DNA of 63,788 bases, counting the filler, from Phoronis australis (taxonomy: Eukaryota; Animalia; Phoronida), in the NCBI GenBank assembly GCA_002633005.1. It is 13 parts of 13 records of this genome, joined end to end, with 100 filler letters (N's around TTAATTAATTAA, not from the genome) between each part and the next. Parts side by side here need not be neighbours in the genome. Positions count along the whole stretch, not along the records: positions 15,197 to 41,282 come from NMRA01000331.1; positions 41,383 to 43,632 come from NMRA01003768.1; positions 43,733 to 46,477 come from NMRA01003449.1; positions 46,578 to 51,082 come from NMRA01002570.1; 9 more parts are not named here. One strand, written 5' to 3'. The notes beneath the pieces were generated by a model, which did not search any database, was not told the origin of the DNA, and saw only the letters and a list, made by a program, of their open reading frames with translations. Shown here piece by piece: positions 37,601 to 48,223 of this stretch; within the stretch, counting starts at the first letter, position 1; every line of letters begins with the position of its first letter. The position numbers were made by a program, and so were the translations under genes.

Positions 37601-40600
37601 TGTGCATGAAAGGAACAGGTGTGCAAAATTTTATGAATGTATGTTGAACAGTTTTGGAGATAGAGCAGCTGACAACAGACGGCTGGACAAACAGACGGGG
37701 ATGCGTCCATATATAAATATGTGGGCGCATCAAAATCCGTCTGTCTGAAAGTCCTTGTTCGTATTCACCTGCATATGAGTAAACTTGCTAAATTTAATAA
37801 AGATCCTCCTGAGGGTTTTGGAGATATAGTCCTGGACGTAAAAAAAACAAAACTGCTACAAATTTAATAAAGATACTCCTGAGGGTTTAGGAGATATAGC
37901 CCTGGGAGTAAAAAAACAAAACTGCCACTAGGAGGTGCCACAGTATTCAAGGAAAATCATCATCAGTTGTCCTCTTCAATTAGGAACATACATGCCAATT
38001 TCCACAATCATCTTCAGACTGGTTCTGTTGACACAGGGGCAGAATCCACAAAGACTTGGAAACAGTACAAATGGCCACTAGATGGCGGTTTGATTGATAC
38101 GGGGGCAGACTCAAAAACATTTGATCATGCTGGCATGGACCTCTACTGCAACAAACAGAACCACAGCCGAGTTCCTAGTTTTGTTTGTGAGAATACACAT
38201 GTACAAATAGGTCACCAATGGCTTCAAAATCATTTTCAACAAAACATGTACTTCACAGTGACGATAATAATGACACAGTAGTGGGGAGCATATTTTGAGA
38301 ATTTTCAATCTTTCTCCTATCAGAAAATACATTTAATGGTTGACAAAGCATTAGTTTTTTGATATTTGAGGTCATTTGTTAAGGACCTAGATAACATTAA
38401 ATTAAAAGAGAATTAACTCAGCAAGCAATTACCTCCCTCAATACTTCAATAAACCTAAATCAATAACACATTTTGCAACAGGAACATTTACTAAACCTAG
38501 TAAATTTCTAGCCTACCATGTCGCGGGAACATGTAAAGGCAAAGATAGCCTACCATTTTTGTGCCACAAAGACTGCTGTGAATGAAAGCTTTTTAAAGCT
38601 TAAAAGATGTTTTCATGACGCACTTAGGGCACATATAATGCAGATCACAAATATACGGAAAACAAGTTATGAAACATGCCTGTCACTCATGAAAGCACAA
38701 AAAGGGCTTCACAATCGGATGTATCCACCTGAATAAACCATACACTATTACAGAGTACCTAAAGATAAACAAGCACATTAATGATATTTTGCAAATATTT
38801 TCTTTAACATTAACTAAATAAATGTGAATTAACAATAAAACATGAATGTTATTGACAGCATGATTCATAAAAATGTCAACCAAGACACTTAACATTAGAC
38901 TACCACTCAATGCCAAAATCCTTCAAATGAAGTCAAATTTCATAGAAATAGTTTTCCCACTCATTTGTGCTATGAAATAGCTTGCCTGATCACATAATCC
39001 TGTCATCACGATAAGAAAACAACGCAACACAACTATACGGTACCTACACTGTCCGTTTGAGTCAACCAGACACCTGCAGGAACAAAGCTTGGCATGTCAG
39101 TGGGTTATTGTTGTCAGAATAAATATTGATTAAGTAATTAGTAAGAATAGATCCACTTCAAGTTGCCCAAAATTTGGGCATATGTACTTTTTTAAATCAT
39201 GGGGTCAAACTTGCTGACATGTATTTTAACGTCAAAATCTATTCTTAGATGGTGTATAGTTTACTGCTTTGGTTCTGGGGTCAAAGCACTCTAGACATTC
39301 TAGAAATTTCTGAGAGCAAATTCTAACAGCCATTTATATGATTAGATAAGATCATGTGGTTTTTATTAGCCAATCGCTAAATAAGAAGAATATTATAATA
39401 TGGGCTGAAATTAAGTGGATATTACGATGAGCTATAGTAGTTGAAGTATTAAGACTTGCTACAGTGTACAGAGGAAATTGCACAACAGAGCCATCTCGTG
39501 GAAGATTCTAAAGAGGATCTTGGCAAGGGCAAGGGTTAACGAACAGGAAGTTAACTAAGAACTTTTCACTTGCATAGTGGGTAGTAAGATACTGCCTATA
39601 TGTGTTGCGTCAAGAGGGACTGTGACCAGCGAGTGGAATCGTAGGTAGAAAATACTGCAGGCAAGCGCTGCGTCACAAGAGACAGTGATCAGCAAGAAGA
39701 ATTGTGGGTAGAAGATACTGCCTGTAGTTATTGTGTCACCAGACTGTGACCAGTAAGCACACTGTCGCAATACAGTGTGCGTAGTTCAAAGATTCACCAA
39801 CAGGACTGTCATCCAACAAGTGGAGAGTCCTACAGCTTGGACAGCAGATAAGACATTTGATTATTTTGGTTGATAGATTGAAATAAACTCTACAGAGGGC
39901 GCTAGCATAGTTACTCTTCTTTACAGTTAATTACTTAATTAACAACAGCTTTCATTTGTCTAATTAGTGGTTATCATATAATAAATTAATTACTGGATTC
40001 AATCATTTTCCCTCCATCTACACACAATCTCAAAGCAAAGCTACTTTTTAAACAAACCCACAGTCAATCTCTGACAATTGTCAATCACAATCTATGAATG
40101 GGATCAAAGGCTTGGTGTTATGGATATACTACTGCGTTTGCTTTCCCCAGGACCCATTTTGATAATGCGGCTCTATACAGCAAGTTTCTGTGAAATATGA
40201 TCACAACACATTCTGCTGTAGCTTGCAAGACTTCCATCATGTTGGCGCTGCACTTGTGGGACTTTGATGTGGTAGCTATGATAGGCATGTCCTATCTGCC
40301 TTGAGTTTGTCAGAGCTATTCATTGACTTCATTAGTATTACAACAACTGTAAGGAGGTCCTAAACTTGACGAAATATCTGGACTTGGGACTTACTTCCAA
40401 GAATCTGATGCAGATCATTTGTTATGCAGCTATTTTCAATACATCTTCGACTGTTGTCACTCATCAATCGTGTATGCATGGCTGAAATAAAATAAGATAG
40501 TTTAAGACATTGTACACTAAGGGGTGACATGTCCATATGCCAAAAAAGTTATCACACACAAATTCTTAATTCTTTGCGGAAGAGTGACTTCCTTTTATCA

Positions 40601-40925
40601 GACAGTGAATTCAACTAGTAAAGAAATGTAATAATAACACAAGTTCAAACACACATATGGAAAAGGGATTAAGGATACAAAAACAAATTTACTAAAACAC
40701 CTTTCAAGAGCCCACCTTCAAGGCTATCTTGACACACACATGGAAAAGGGATCAAGGATACGAAAACACAGATTTACTGAAACACCTTTCAGGAGCCCAC
40801 CTTCTAGGGTATCTTGACACTCCATAAAAGTGGATAAGTTCTGTTTAACAAAGGCCAGAGGTCCTTCTGCTCTGTTCTTATCTCTTCGTTTTAAGTACGT
40901 CAAACCTGCTTTTAAATCTTCAAAA
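19643..40925 (-). CDS. EXOC2: Exocyst complex component 2 (Sec5), partial, 9 exons
   Basis: Phase-compatible GT-AG exons: 40801-40925 ([41 protein letters not shown]), 40395-40481, 36091-36236 ([32 protein letters not shown]), 35408-35489 ([27 protein letters not shown]), 33062-33164, 30861-30973 ([20 protein letters not shown]), 29095-29181, 23853-23900 and 19643-19770 ([35 protein letters not shown]). The two linker exons (29095, 23853) rest on splice signals and phase only. Confidence 0.93.
20455..22860 (+). mobile_element. Decayed L1/Tx1-clade LINE ORF2 (RT to C-terminal zinc finger)
   Basis: Frameshifted motifs [35 protein letters not shown] (YADD position), [12 protein letters not shown] and [11 protein letters not shown] ~200-bp insert lies at about 21701-21905. 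Confidence 0.9.
22962..23784 (+). mobile_element. HINE family 1 (Helentron-associated, DINE-1-like), full-length ~820 bp, with CTCF-like motifs
   Basis: 5' ACAAGAGC...ATGCGCCCAC is inverse to the 3' GTGGGCGTAT; internal ~150-bp units; GGAC microsatellite remnant; 3' hairpin followed by an A run. Confidence 0.8.
24287..28020 (+). mobile_element. Head-to-tail cluster of HINE family 1 copies (about 24287-24860, 24909-26712, 26771-28020)
   Basis: Repeated 5' starts ACAA(G/C)AGCAA..TGAAATG; a 3' hairpin ending at 26712; tandem units with CCAAATTTCATGAA and CCACTAGRNGGC. Confidence 0.8.
27239..27664. mobile_element. hAT-type MITE nested in a HINE, apparent 6-bp TSD (TGAGAG)
   Basis: 13-bp perfect TIR CAGGGCTTGGAAT / ATTCCAAGCCCTG; host repeat resumes after the insertion. 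Confidence 0.8.
28021..28843 (+). mobile_element. Truncated longer relative of the 27239 hAT family
   Basis: Same right end AAATCCG...GAAAATTCCAAGCCTTG; internal 28030-28440 matches the reverse complement of about 55825-56205. Confidence 0.65.
31087..32895. mobile_element. Old TIR DNA transposon with (C)CGAATTT/TTTCGGACA subterminal repeats
   Basis: TAAAAATTCCCGAATTTA near 31090 and the inverse TAAATTCGGAAATTTTTA near 32876. Ends are diverged. Confidence 0.5.
33687..35302 (+). mobile_element. Kolobok-type non-autonomous DNA transposon (1.6 kb)
   Basis: TTAA TSD (33683-33686, 35303-35306); perfect TIR AGGAGAATGCCACCCAA / TTGGGTGGCATTCTCCT with AG...CT termini. Confidence 0.85.
36451..38115 (+). 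mobile_element. HINE family 1 copy (36451-37735) plus extra tandem units
   Basis: Same 5' motif and ~150-bp units; GACA/GGAC microsatellite; 3' hairpin ATGCGTCCATAT ATAAAT ATGTGGGCGCAT. Confidence 0.8.
39578..39758. repeat. Degenerate ~63-bp minisatellite (3 units)
   Basis: GTRGGTAG..ARATACTGC...GACWGTGAYCAG recurs three times. Confidence 0.6.
40650..40820. repeat. 85-bp tandem duplication covering an EXOC2 5' splice site
   Basis: GGAAAAGGGAT..AAGGATAC...AAACACCTTTCA.GAGCCCACCTTC..GG.TATCTTGACAC occurs twice. Confidence 0.9.
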
Positions 40926-40996
40926 CTGGAAGAAACAAAAAAACAAATCAATGCAAGAAACACCTGGGCTCAAGCAATAAATGAAAGCGCTCTGAG

Positions 40997-41282
40997 GAGC
41001 GAAACTTGGCGAAATTAACCAAAAAAAAAACACGTTCGAGAGGACGAGAAAAGACGACGACAGAGATGATGACGAAGATGACAGCTATGACGACGATGGT
41101 GGCGATGATGGACAACCCTAGTTATGATATTCATATAACGAACGTAGAGGTCAGAAATCACTAAGAAATAGGCTACAGTCTTGAGCGACACTTGGCGAAA
41201 TTAACTGAAGAAAAGACGACGTCGGAGATGATGACGAAGATGACGAATATGATGTTGGTGGTGGCCATGATGAAGAACATCA
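40997..41282. repeat. ~185-bp duplication with GAT/GAC-rich tract
   Basis: GAGCGA.ACTTGGCGAAATTAAC...AAAAGACGACG..GAGATGATGACGAAGATGAC occurs twice. Confidence 0.7.
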
Positions 41283-41382
41283 NNNNNNNNNNNNNNNNNN
41301 NNNNNNNNNNNNNNNNNNNNNNNNNNTTAATTAATTAANNNNNNNNNNNNNNNNNNNNNNNNNNNNNNNNNNNNNNNNNNNN

Positions 41383-42473
41383 TCTTCATTTTTGGTGGAC
41401 TGGGGACATCAAATACTACTCGGGCACTGCATTCAATACCAGCTTGTTCTTCATTCATCAACATGGACTCCTCGAAGTGATGAGAGCATAAGTTGCAGTT
41501 CTTGGACAAGTAGGTTGCATCTCTATTCATAAGGTCGGCTCCAAGTGCTTGCACCTGAACAGAAACCAATGAGAGACTCAGGAACAAACCTCATACTCAC
41601 CAGGTTCACAGATAACTGGTAGCCTACACTAAACTACACTACGCTACATAAGTCCTGTTGTACTGTGATTGCGATAGAGACAAAAGCGTCTTGGCGTCAA
41701 CTAAAAAAAACTAGGACTCAAATGTCGATCCACGGATATTTTAAGGGGCCGCACAACTTTTCACCGAGACCCACAGATTCCATAATGCTAAATCGTCGTG
41801 AGAGACCGTCCGGAGTTGGTATATGGTGCAACTCTGGACGGTCTGCGCTCAACAGAAAATCACAGTTCTTCTGTGAGCCTACACCAATGTGATAATCTCT
41901 CAGTTTTATGACACAAAATGTGTAACTGGGCAAAGCCTTTTCAGGCTAGTGTATATAAATCAGTGGAGCGTGAGACCCATGAGGCGACCTGTCAAGTCCT
42001 CACGACAATTCTACGTTATGTCTCTAACTTGACTAATGAAAACTTGAGCCCCTGTGGCTGTGATTGTGCCATGGCCGTGTCACCCCGATGATTCATATTC
42101 ACCCATGGCCATGGGTATGTTTTCCTAAAATTATCCCTGCGATCGTTAGAGTGACATTTTGATTTGGAATACATGGACTGCAAGTATCCAAAAAGCTGAC
42201 GATCACATCGTACGTTAATCAGTAGTCCTTCCGCCGGCTGACCAGTAGGCCTAGCCTACACTGCAAACAACAGCTCAGTGGCACCGGGACGTGCGATCGA
42301 CTTGTCTAACAACTGAACAGAACACACAAAATGAAAGACAATGTATTNTATTATTGAATAACATATAATACTTACCTTTCCGGATCCTTAGAAAACCTAA
42401 AAAACGACACGTCTGGGGTTGTCGTGGATGAATTAGTGCAATTTATTGCACTGCATAATGCGTCCTTCCCCAT
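41383..42473 (-). pseudogene. THAP-domain (THAP12/PRKRIR-like, hAT-related) pseudogene or decayed transposase 5' end
   Basis: Exon 42376-42473 encodes MGKDALCSAINCTNSSTTTPDVSFFRFSKDPER followed by GTAAGT. Exon 41383-41554 contains ADLMNRDATYLSKNCNLCSHHFEESM, KLVLNAVP and FDVPSPPK in different frames; the spliced frame stops after RCKHLEPTL. Confidence 0.8.
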
Positions 42474-43453
42474 TGTTTTTGGCGCTTCCTGGTTGACTGT
42501 TGCTTGTTCATCACTTGGCGGCGCTAGTATTAGCGGTAACAGCGATCTCACAAGTGAACTCTCCTATACTACTACACTCCTTGCTACAACTAACTGTTCT
42601 CGTGATCTTCGAGATTTACTTCTTAGATGACTGTTATTTTAATAACTTAGTTATTTCTAACTACACCTTGTTAGTCTTTCATACTTGTGCTAGAGGTCAA
42701 ATTTTTCATTTGATCAACATGAAATTGACGTGCAGTTTTATTTTGTCATTAGCCAGAGTACTTTTCTCTTTGACAAAATCGGACACAAAATGGCGCAGTG
42801 ACAGTCAGTTTGTTGAATTGTGTTTGTAGGGCTCTAGCTTTGGTGATCCTTTGACCAAACCCTTTCAGATTTGGTCCATAAATAGATCTTCTCATGGGCT
42901 CTGCAATACTTTGGTGTAGTAAGCTTTGTGGTCATGGTTGTTGATGTTTTTGGTTTCCTTGTCAACCTCATGTTTAATTTTCAACCAGTGTCATTCCCGT
43001 GAGCACTTTCATATGTTTGTTTCTTTTTTGCAGATGGCATAATGAGATTTTATATATTGAATAATCATGTCAGTTCAAAATGCAAGAATTTCCTTTTGTA
43101 GTTTTCCACCAATCAAATTTTTACTCGGACAATTGGATTGTCTCGGTAGAAGCATGAAAGTTGTAAACTTTTTTGAAATCTACCTTCACAAACTAGCTTT
43201 GACCAATCTTTTGTCATCTTCTTCAACATTTAAATCCAAACTTGAACTTTCTTTCTGCTACTCCTAATTCTAGGTTGGTTTGTCAAAAGTGTTAAATGAG
43301 TTTCTTGTTCCGTACCCTTTTCAACACTGAATTGCCAACTTTGTTAAAAACCTTGCCTCTAGGCAACCATTCCTGTGAAGGCTTGAACACAGTTCACTCA
43401 AGCTGACCAGCTGATTTTCTCTGAACACTTAAAACTCATTTTCTTAGGCTCTT

Positions 43454-43632
43454 GTCATCATAACAAACACATCCCATGGTTTGTTGGTCTGTTTTTACTT
43501 GTCACCATAATAAACACATCCCATGGTCTGTTGGTTTGTTGGTACTTGTCTTCGCTATGAACACATCCCATGGTCTGCTGGTTTGTTGATCTGTTGGTAC
43601 TTGTCATCATAACAGACACATCCCATGGTTTG
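43454..43632. repeat. ~47-bp minisatellite (4 units, runs into linker)
   Basis: Repeated ACACATCCCATGGT(T/C)TG(T/C)TGG...TACTTGTC. Confidence 0.85.
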
Positions 43633-44222
43633 NNNNNNNNNNNNNNNNNNNNNNNNNNNNNNNNNNNNNNNNNNNNTTAATTAATTAANNNNNNNNNNNN
43701 NNNNNNNNNNNNNNNNNNNNNNNNNNNNNNNNTCCTGCTAACAAATGATGCACTCATGTTTCAGAATGTTCCTATCTTGTTCAGGTTAATTGGGTGTTTC
43801 AGATTTTTGAGGTGATTGATTTTCTTGGGAAATCTTGGATAACATCTGTATCACTTTCAGCAACTTCAGCTTTAGTACTACTGTTGGTGCCTTGAAACGT
43901 TGCTATGCCGTTCTATGTCTTTTCAATTTTCTGGTCTGACACTTGGTATTCTCGTCTATAGCACTCAGCAGTATACTGTGTAGGCTACCAGGACATGCAG
44001 CTGTTTTCTGCACAAATGTTTGTGACACCTCTTCTTCTTTTTAATCTACTGATCTACAGAGTTCCACAGTCAATCAGCTTTCGTCAGGAAGCTTTCCTAA
44101 GCTTCTTTAGGCTCTGACATCACAATTGTGTGCTGTTTGATAAACCTTGACTTATACAGACATCACATTCCATGGGAGCAGCTATATTGAAGTAACTAAG
44201 CACAACAATACAATCTGGCTCT

Positions 44223-44423
44223 CTGATTGGTCAATTCACTAGAAAGGCGCCATCAAGTGGCAGGAATATGCATCATATTTTGTGCAACAAAAACACCTTT
44301 TTTAAAAAAATGTGCAAGTGTAACTGATTGGTCAATTCACTAGAAAAGCGCCATCAAGTGGCAGGAATATGCATCATATTTTGTGCAACAAAAACACCTA
44401 TTTTTAAAAAAATGTGCAAGTGT
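44223..44423. repeat. 101-bp tandem duplication containing CTGATTGG (CCAAT box) and a CTCF-like motif
   Basis: CTGATTGGTCAATTCACTAGAAA.GCGCCATCAAGTGG...TGTGCAAGTGTA occurs twice. Confidence 0.9.
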
Positions 44424-44539
44424 AGACGTGGGAACTTTTTGGAATTTGATTTTTCGTTATATTATCTAGCCACATAGAAAAAACTAGGTTGCCCCCCCAA
44501 AGTACTCACAAGGATGAACGCTATGAGATTTGGCCCACC

Positions 44540-45188
44540 GACTAGTGGTCAGTCATTCACTTTTTAGCTTTTGCGCTTATCTGTATGACTTACATCCGGC
44601 GACGAACGCGGTGCTTCCAGCTCGGTACATGGCCTGGGTAAACGCCGGCAAAAATCATACGTCATCCCTTGTTCATTGTCTCGCAGGCCAGGAAACCTAA
44701 CGTCCCATGACGGAAACCATCCCCGCACTCTTTTCGTTTCATATTGTTGCTTTGATTCTTCCTGTGAACTCGTATTTTTAGCATCTGGACGACTTCCTTG
44801 TTTGGACGTTTTGCCAGAGTGCAGACGATCAGCAGTGTCACGTGACAACTTATTCAGAAACTGCAGGGCACGTTCAGAGAATCGAAAGGATTTGACCGCG
44901 GGTGTCATCTATGCATGCTGCATCACACTCGTTCTATTTTCCTTTCGGTGCTCATTCGAAGACGGGAGTTTCTTTGACGGCCACACGAGCTTTTTTCGAT
45001 GGTTTTTAGGCTTGTGTCGGGGTTCGTTACTTCGGAGCAAATGTCAAGCAGACAATCTTAGGATCTGCTTGCCTATACGGCCAGCTTTTTAACTTGCCCA
45101 TCGGGCAAGTANCTTTTCAAATTCCACTTGCCCGACGCAAAATCTACATGTACACGGGCAATCGGGCAACCGTTAGTGTTGAGCCCTG
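44540..45188 (-). mobile_element. Decayed hAT element end with N-terminal zinc-finger (TTF/ZNF862-like) remnant
   Basis: Minus-strand terminus CAGGGCTCAACACTAAC with TTGCCC subterminal repeats; peptide KRVRGWFPSWDVRFPGLRDNEQGMTYDFCR. Confidence 0.6.
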
Positions 45189-45524
45189 TAGTGGAAACTA
45201 ATTTAACTAAGTTTTGAAAGCTGGGTGTGTTAATCAAACTTACGACATGAAAAACAGAGCCTAATACAACTGCAGTCATATACACTTGTCAAAACTAACT
45301 GTATAGGCACAAGCCTTCAACAGAGTTGATGGGCTTATAACTGCATGATCGGACACTTTGTGCACAGGAAATTGTACATGCAAGATCGCTTCGCAGGTCC
45401 ATCAGAAAAAACAGCGTGTAACATCACTACACAAGCTGATACGTAAGAAAACATTAGGAATGTTACAGCAATACCCATGTTAAATACACAGATGGCAACA
45501 GTAAATATATAAGGTACACATTAC

Positions 45525-46175
45525 CTTCTGCAGCAAAGTACACCCTCTGACCCATACTGTTCTTAATCTCATACTTGTTGTTGGTCTCAAATCCAGTAAA
45601 AGCTGAAACAGATAACAAGGTCGTGACAATCCCTGATAGGTATACACTTTATGTCTGCTTCCAGCTGCGTAAATGAATTCTAGAGCTAACTGGCATAACT
45701 GCATTTAATCTACAATATAATAAAAGGTGTTGCTGAAAACGATGGAGAATCCTTTCGAAAAATAACTTGTCAAAGTTGACTTGATGATCTTATAAAACAT
45801 TTTCTTTCTAGCATTGCAGAACCATTTCCCATTTACTGAAGATCCGTTTTGGTAAAGACCAAAACACGAGGGTTCCATGACACAGTCACACATAAGTGAC
45901 TGGTTATTCACTGCACCCCAACCCAGCAGGAATATATAAGACACAGTACTGTTGGAATTATCTAATTTTCAGGACAGCAATGCAGGTAACGTAGTGATCA
46001 CTAAATGGATTGCTTGAAAGTTCCATGAATATCAAGACATACAATTCAGACAAGGTCATACCTTCCAGCAGCTCCACCTGTTGGTGGACTAGAAGCTGGT
46101 CAATCATAGTGAGGTACTCCAGGCCTGGCGGACAGTTGGCAGGCATTGGAGGTGGTGCCATCCATTGGCCACCGC
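45525..46175 (-). CDS. PLSCR: Phospholipid scramblase (PLSCR family), partial, 2 exons
   Basis: Exons 46062-46175 ([37 protein letters not shown]) and 45525-45602 ([26 protein letters not shown]); GT-AG sites; phases compatible. Confidence 0.93.
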
Positions 46176-46577
46176 CTAAAACAAACATAAGCTCCAGTTG
46201 CAATAGCTTCAGCATGAATTTTCAAGTTTGCAAACATGGGAACCAAAGGATCGCAGACTCAAAGCCTGAGGCCGCCACTCGCAGGTGGACACAATGGAGT
46301 AGCATGGTAATGGAGGGATGTCGGTACAAAGTGATTGTCATTTAACATTATGACATTATCGTATTCAAAAACAAATCCTAATGAACTTAATTTCAGAATT
46401 TTTCAAAAATATGGAATCTAACACTGAGTGCACCTTATATAAATAGCAGTTGAACTGTCATTTCTCGATCAATGGCTNNNNNNNNNNNNNNNNNNNNNNN
46501 NNNNNNNNNNNNNNNNNNNNNTTAATTAATTAANNNNNNNNNNNNNNNNNNNNNNNNNNNNNNNNNNNNNNNNNNNN

Positions 46578-47872
46578 TAGATGAAGGTCAAACTGTTCAA
46601 GCCACTTGGGATCCAACGTCTTCTGTCTCACCTGGACAAGAGAAAAGGTAATCACTAATGGAAAGCCATGCCCAATTAACTGGTGACTGTATTTATATGC
46701 AACAATGAGGTAAAATATGTAACACTTATATAGTTACAAAGATCCTCATCTGGTTATTGTTTCCTATTCAGATGTTTTTAAACAATGTTTATTCTATTTT
46801 ACAGACAATTTAAAGGTGCCCAAAATTAAACCGACTATAATAACTTGCATTCCATCACAAAAACATCAGATTGATTTAGACCACATACCATGATACTGGT
46901 CTCAAATTGCAAAATGGAGCTGATTAAAGAACTCCAAAAAACTGAAAGTTCGTCATCAGTTGAGGCAAGACTCTACAAGTTGGCTTACCATGACGTGTCA
47001 TGGGTTAAGACAAGACTCTACAACTTGGCTTGCCATGACGTGTCATGGGTTGAGACAAGACTCTACAAGCTGGCTTACCATGAAATGTCATGGGTTGAGA
47101 CAAGACTTTACAAGTAGGCTTACCATGACATGTCATGGGTTGAGACAAGACTCTACAAGTTGGCTTACCATGACATGTCACGTTATACATCAAGCACCAT
47201 CCCAATCTCAAGGAATAATGAACTGATTTCTTAGCGAACTCAAAAATGACTTCTCATATGAGTAATGGCGAACAAAGAGATTTAGGGGTGGCACTGTGGC
47301 CCGCTTTCTTTACTAGAGTTCGTGGGTTGGCATCTCCCTGGGCCACACTGCTAGACCAATGAGTCGGGTTTCTAGCTCCTCAGTCCGGATTTAACTGTAT
47401 ATAAATGGTTTTAGGCGTTCCGTGCAATTGGCCCCACATTCGCAGCCTGCACACGTCGCGTGTACCAGACCGCGTGAAATTAATTTTTAGAGACATCTGT
47501 GTAATGACAGAACTTCTCCATGTCATGGCACTGTGAGTGGGTGACACTATAATTCTAAGTTAACTTTCTATTCTTATAACTAACTTTGAAACGAAAAGAC
47601 ATTAAGTTTGCAACTATACATCTACGAGTAACTCAACACTGTGGCAATACCTTGCTCTTGTACTTTTCATTTCCGAGTTTAAACCTGACGTAAGGATCGC
47701 TGAATCCGTTGTCATCCATAGGCAGCAAATTACGCCCCTCCACCAGGGTTACGCTGACAATGCAATCCCACACCTGCGACTTGATTCGGCGAGAGTCCCG
47801 TCGCTGAGATTCAGTGCGCTCTCGTTCCCNAGATTCAGTGCGCTCTCGTTCCCGTAGCGTCTGCTTGACATA
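46578..47872 (-). CDS. MCTP: Multiple C2 and transmembrane domain protein, partial (second C2 domain, 2 exons)
   Basis: Exon 47651-47872 encodes YVKQTLRERERTES...QRRDSRRIKSQVWDCIVSVTLVEGRNLLPMDDNGFSDPYVRFKLGNEKYKSK and includes a 24-nt N-joined duplication. Exon 46578-46631 encodes VRQKTLDPKWLEQFDLHL (cut by contig edge). Neither is in the ORF track. Confidence 0.88.
46960..47180. repeat. 45-bp minisatellite, ~5 copies, in MCTP intron
   Basis: Unit TTGAGACAAGACTCTACAAGTTGGCTTACCATGACGTGTCATGGG. Confidence 0.95.
47285..47452 (+). mobile_element. Diverged tRNA-derived SINE (related to 60522)
   Basis: Shares GGCA.TGTGGCC, CCACACTGCT, CTCCTCA...TTTAACT.TA and GCCTGCACA with 60522-60690. Confidence 0.5.
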
Positions 47873-48223
47873 CTGTAAGAAAATTAAAGACTGAGTAAAA
47901 AATCAATTATAGAAAACAAATTTCGCAGATAAACAGAATTCAACGATGGCCTTATTTGCAAACAAACATTTAGTCAATCTGATTCACTTTGGCATTCTAA
48001 AAGTTTCTGCATTCCTATTCTAACAGTTTACAGACAATGAGCGATGTCATATAAAGAATTGAGCAAAATTTTAATGACTTGCCTGTATATCTGATCAACG
48101 CGTTTGCCACAGATGAGAGGAACAAGAATTGAAGAGCAAGATGTAACCCAGTGAATCCCCAGCCAGTTCCCTAATAGCTAATTTTGCATAAATAAGTGGA
48201 GATGGACCCAAAGATTTAGAACA

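Noticed and set aside
46960-47180. 45-bp repeats as a CRISPR array or repeat protein
   Set aside because: No unique spacers; intronic minisatellite in a eukaryote.
47807-47853. 24-nt duplication in the MCTP exon
   Set aside because: Identical 23-mers separated by a single N indicate an unmerged contig overlap.
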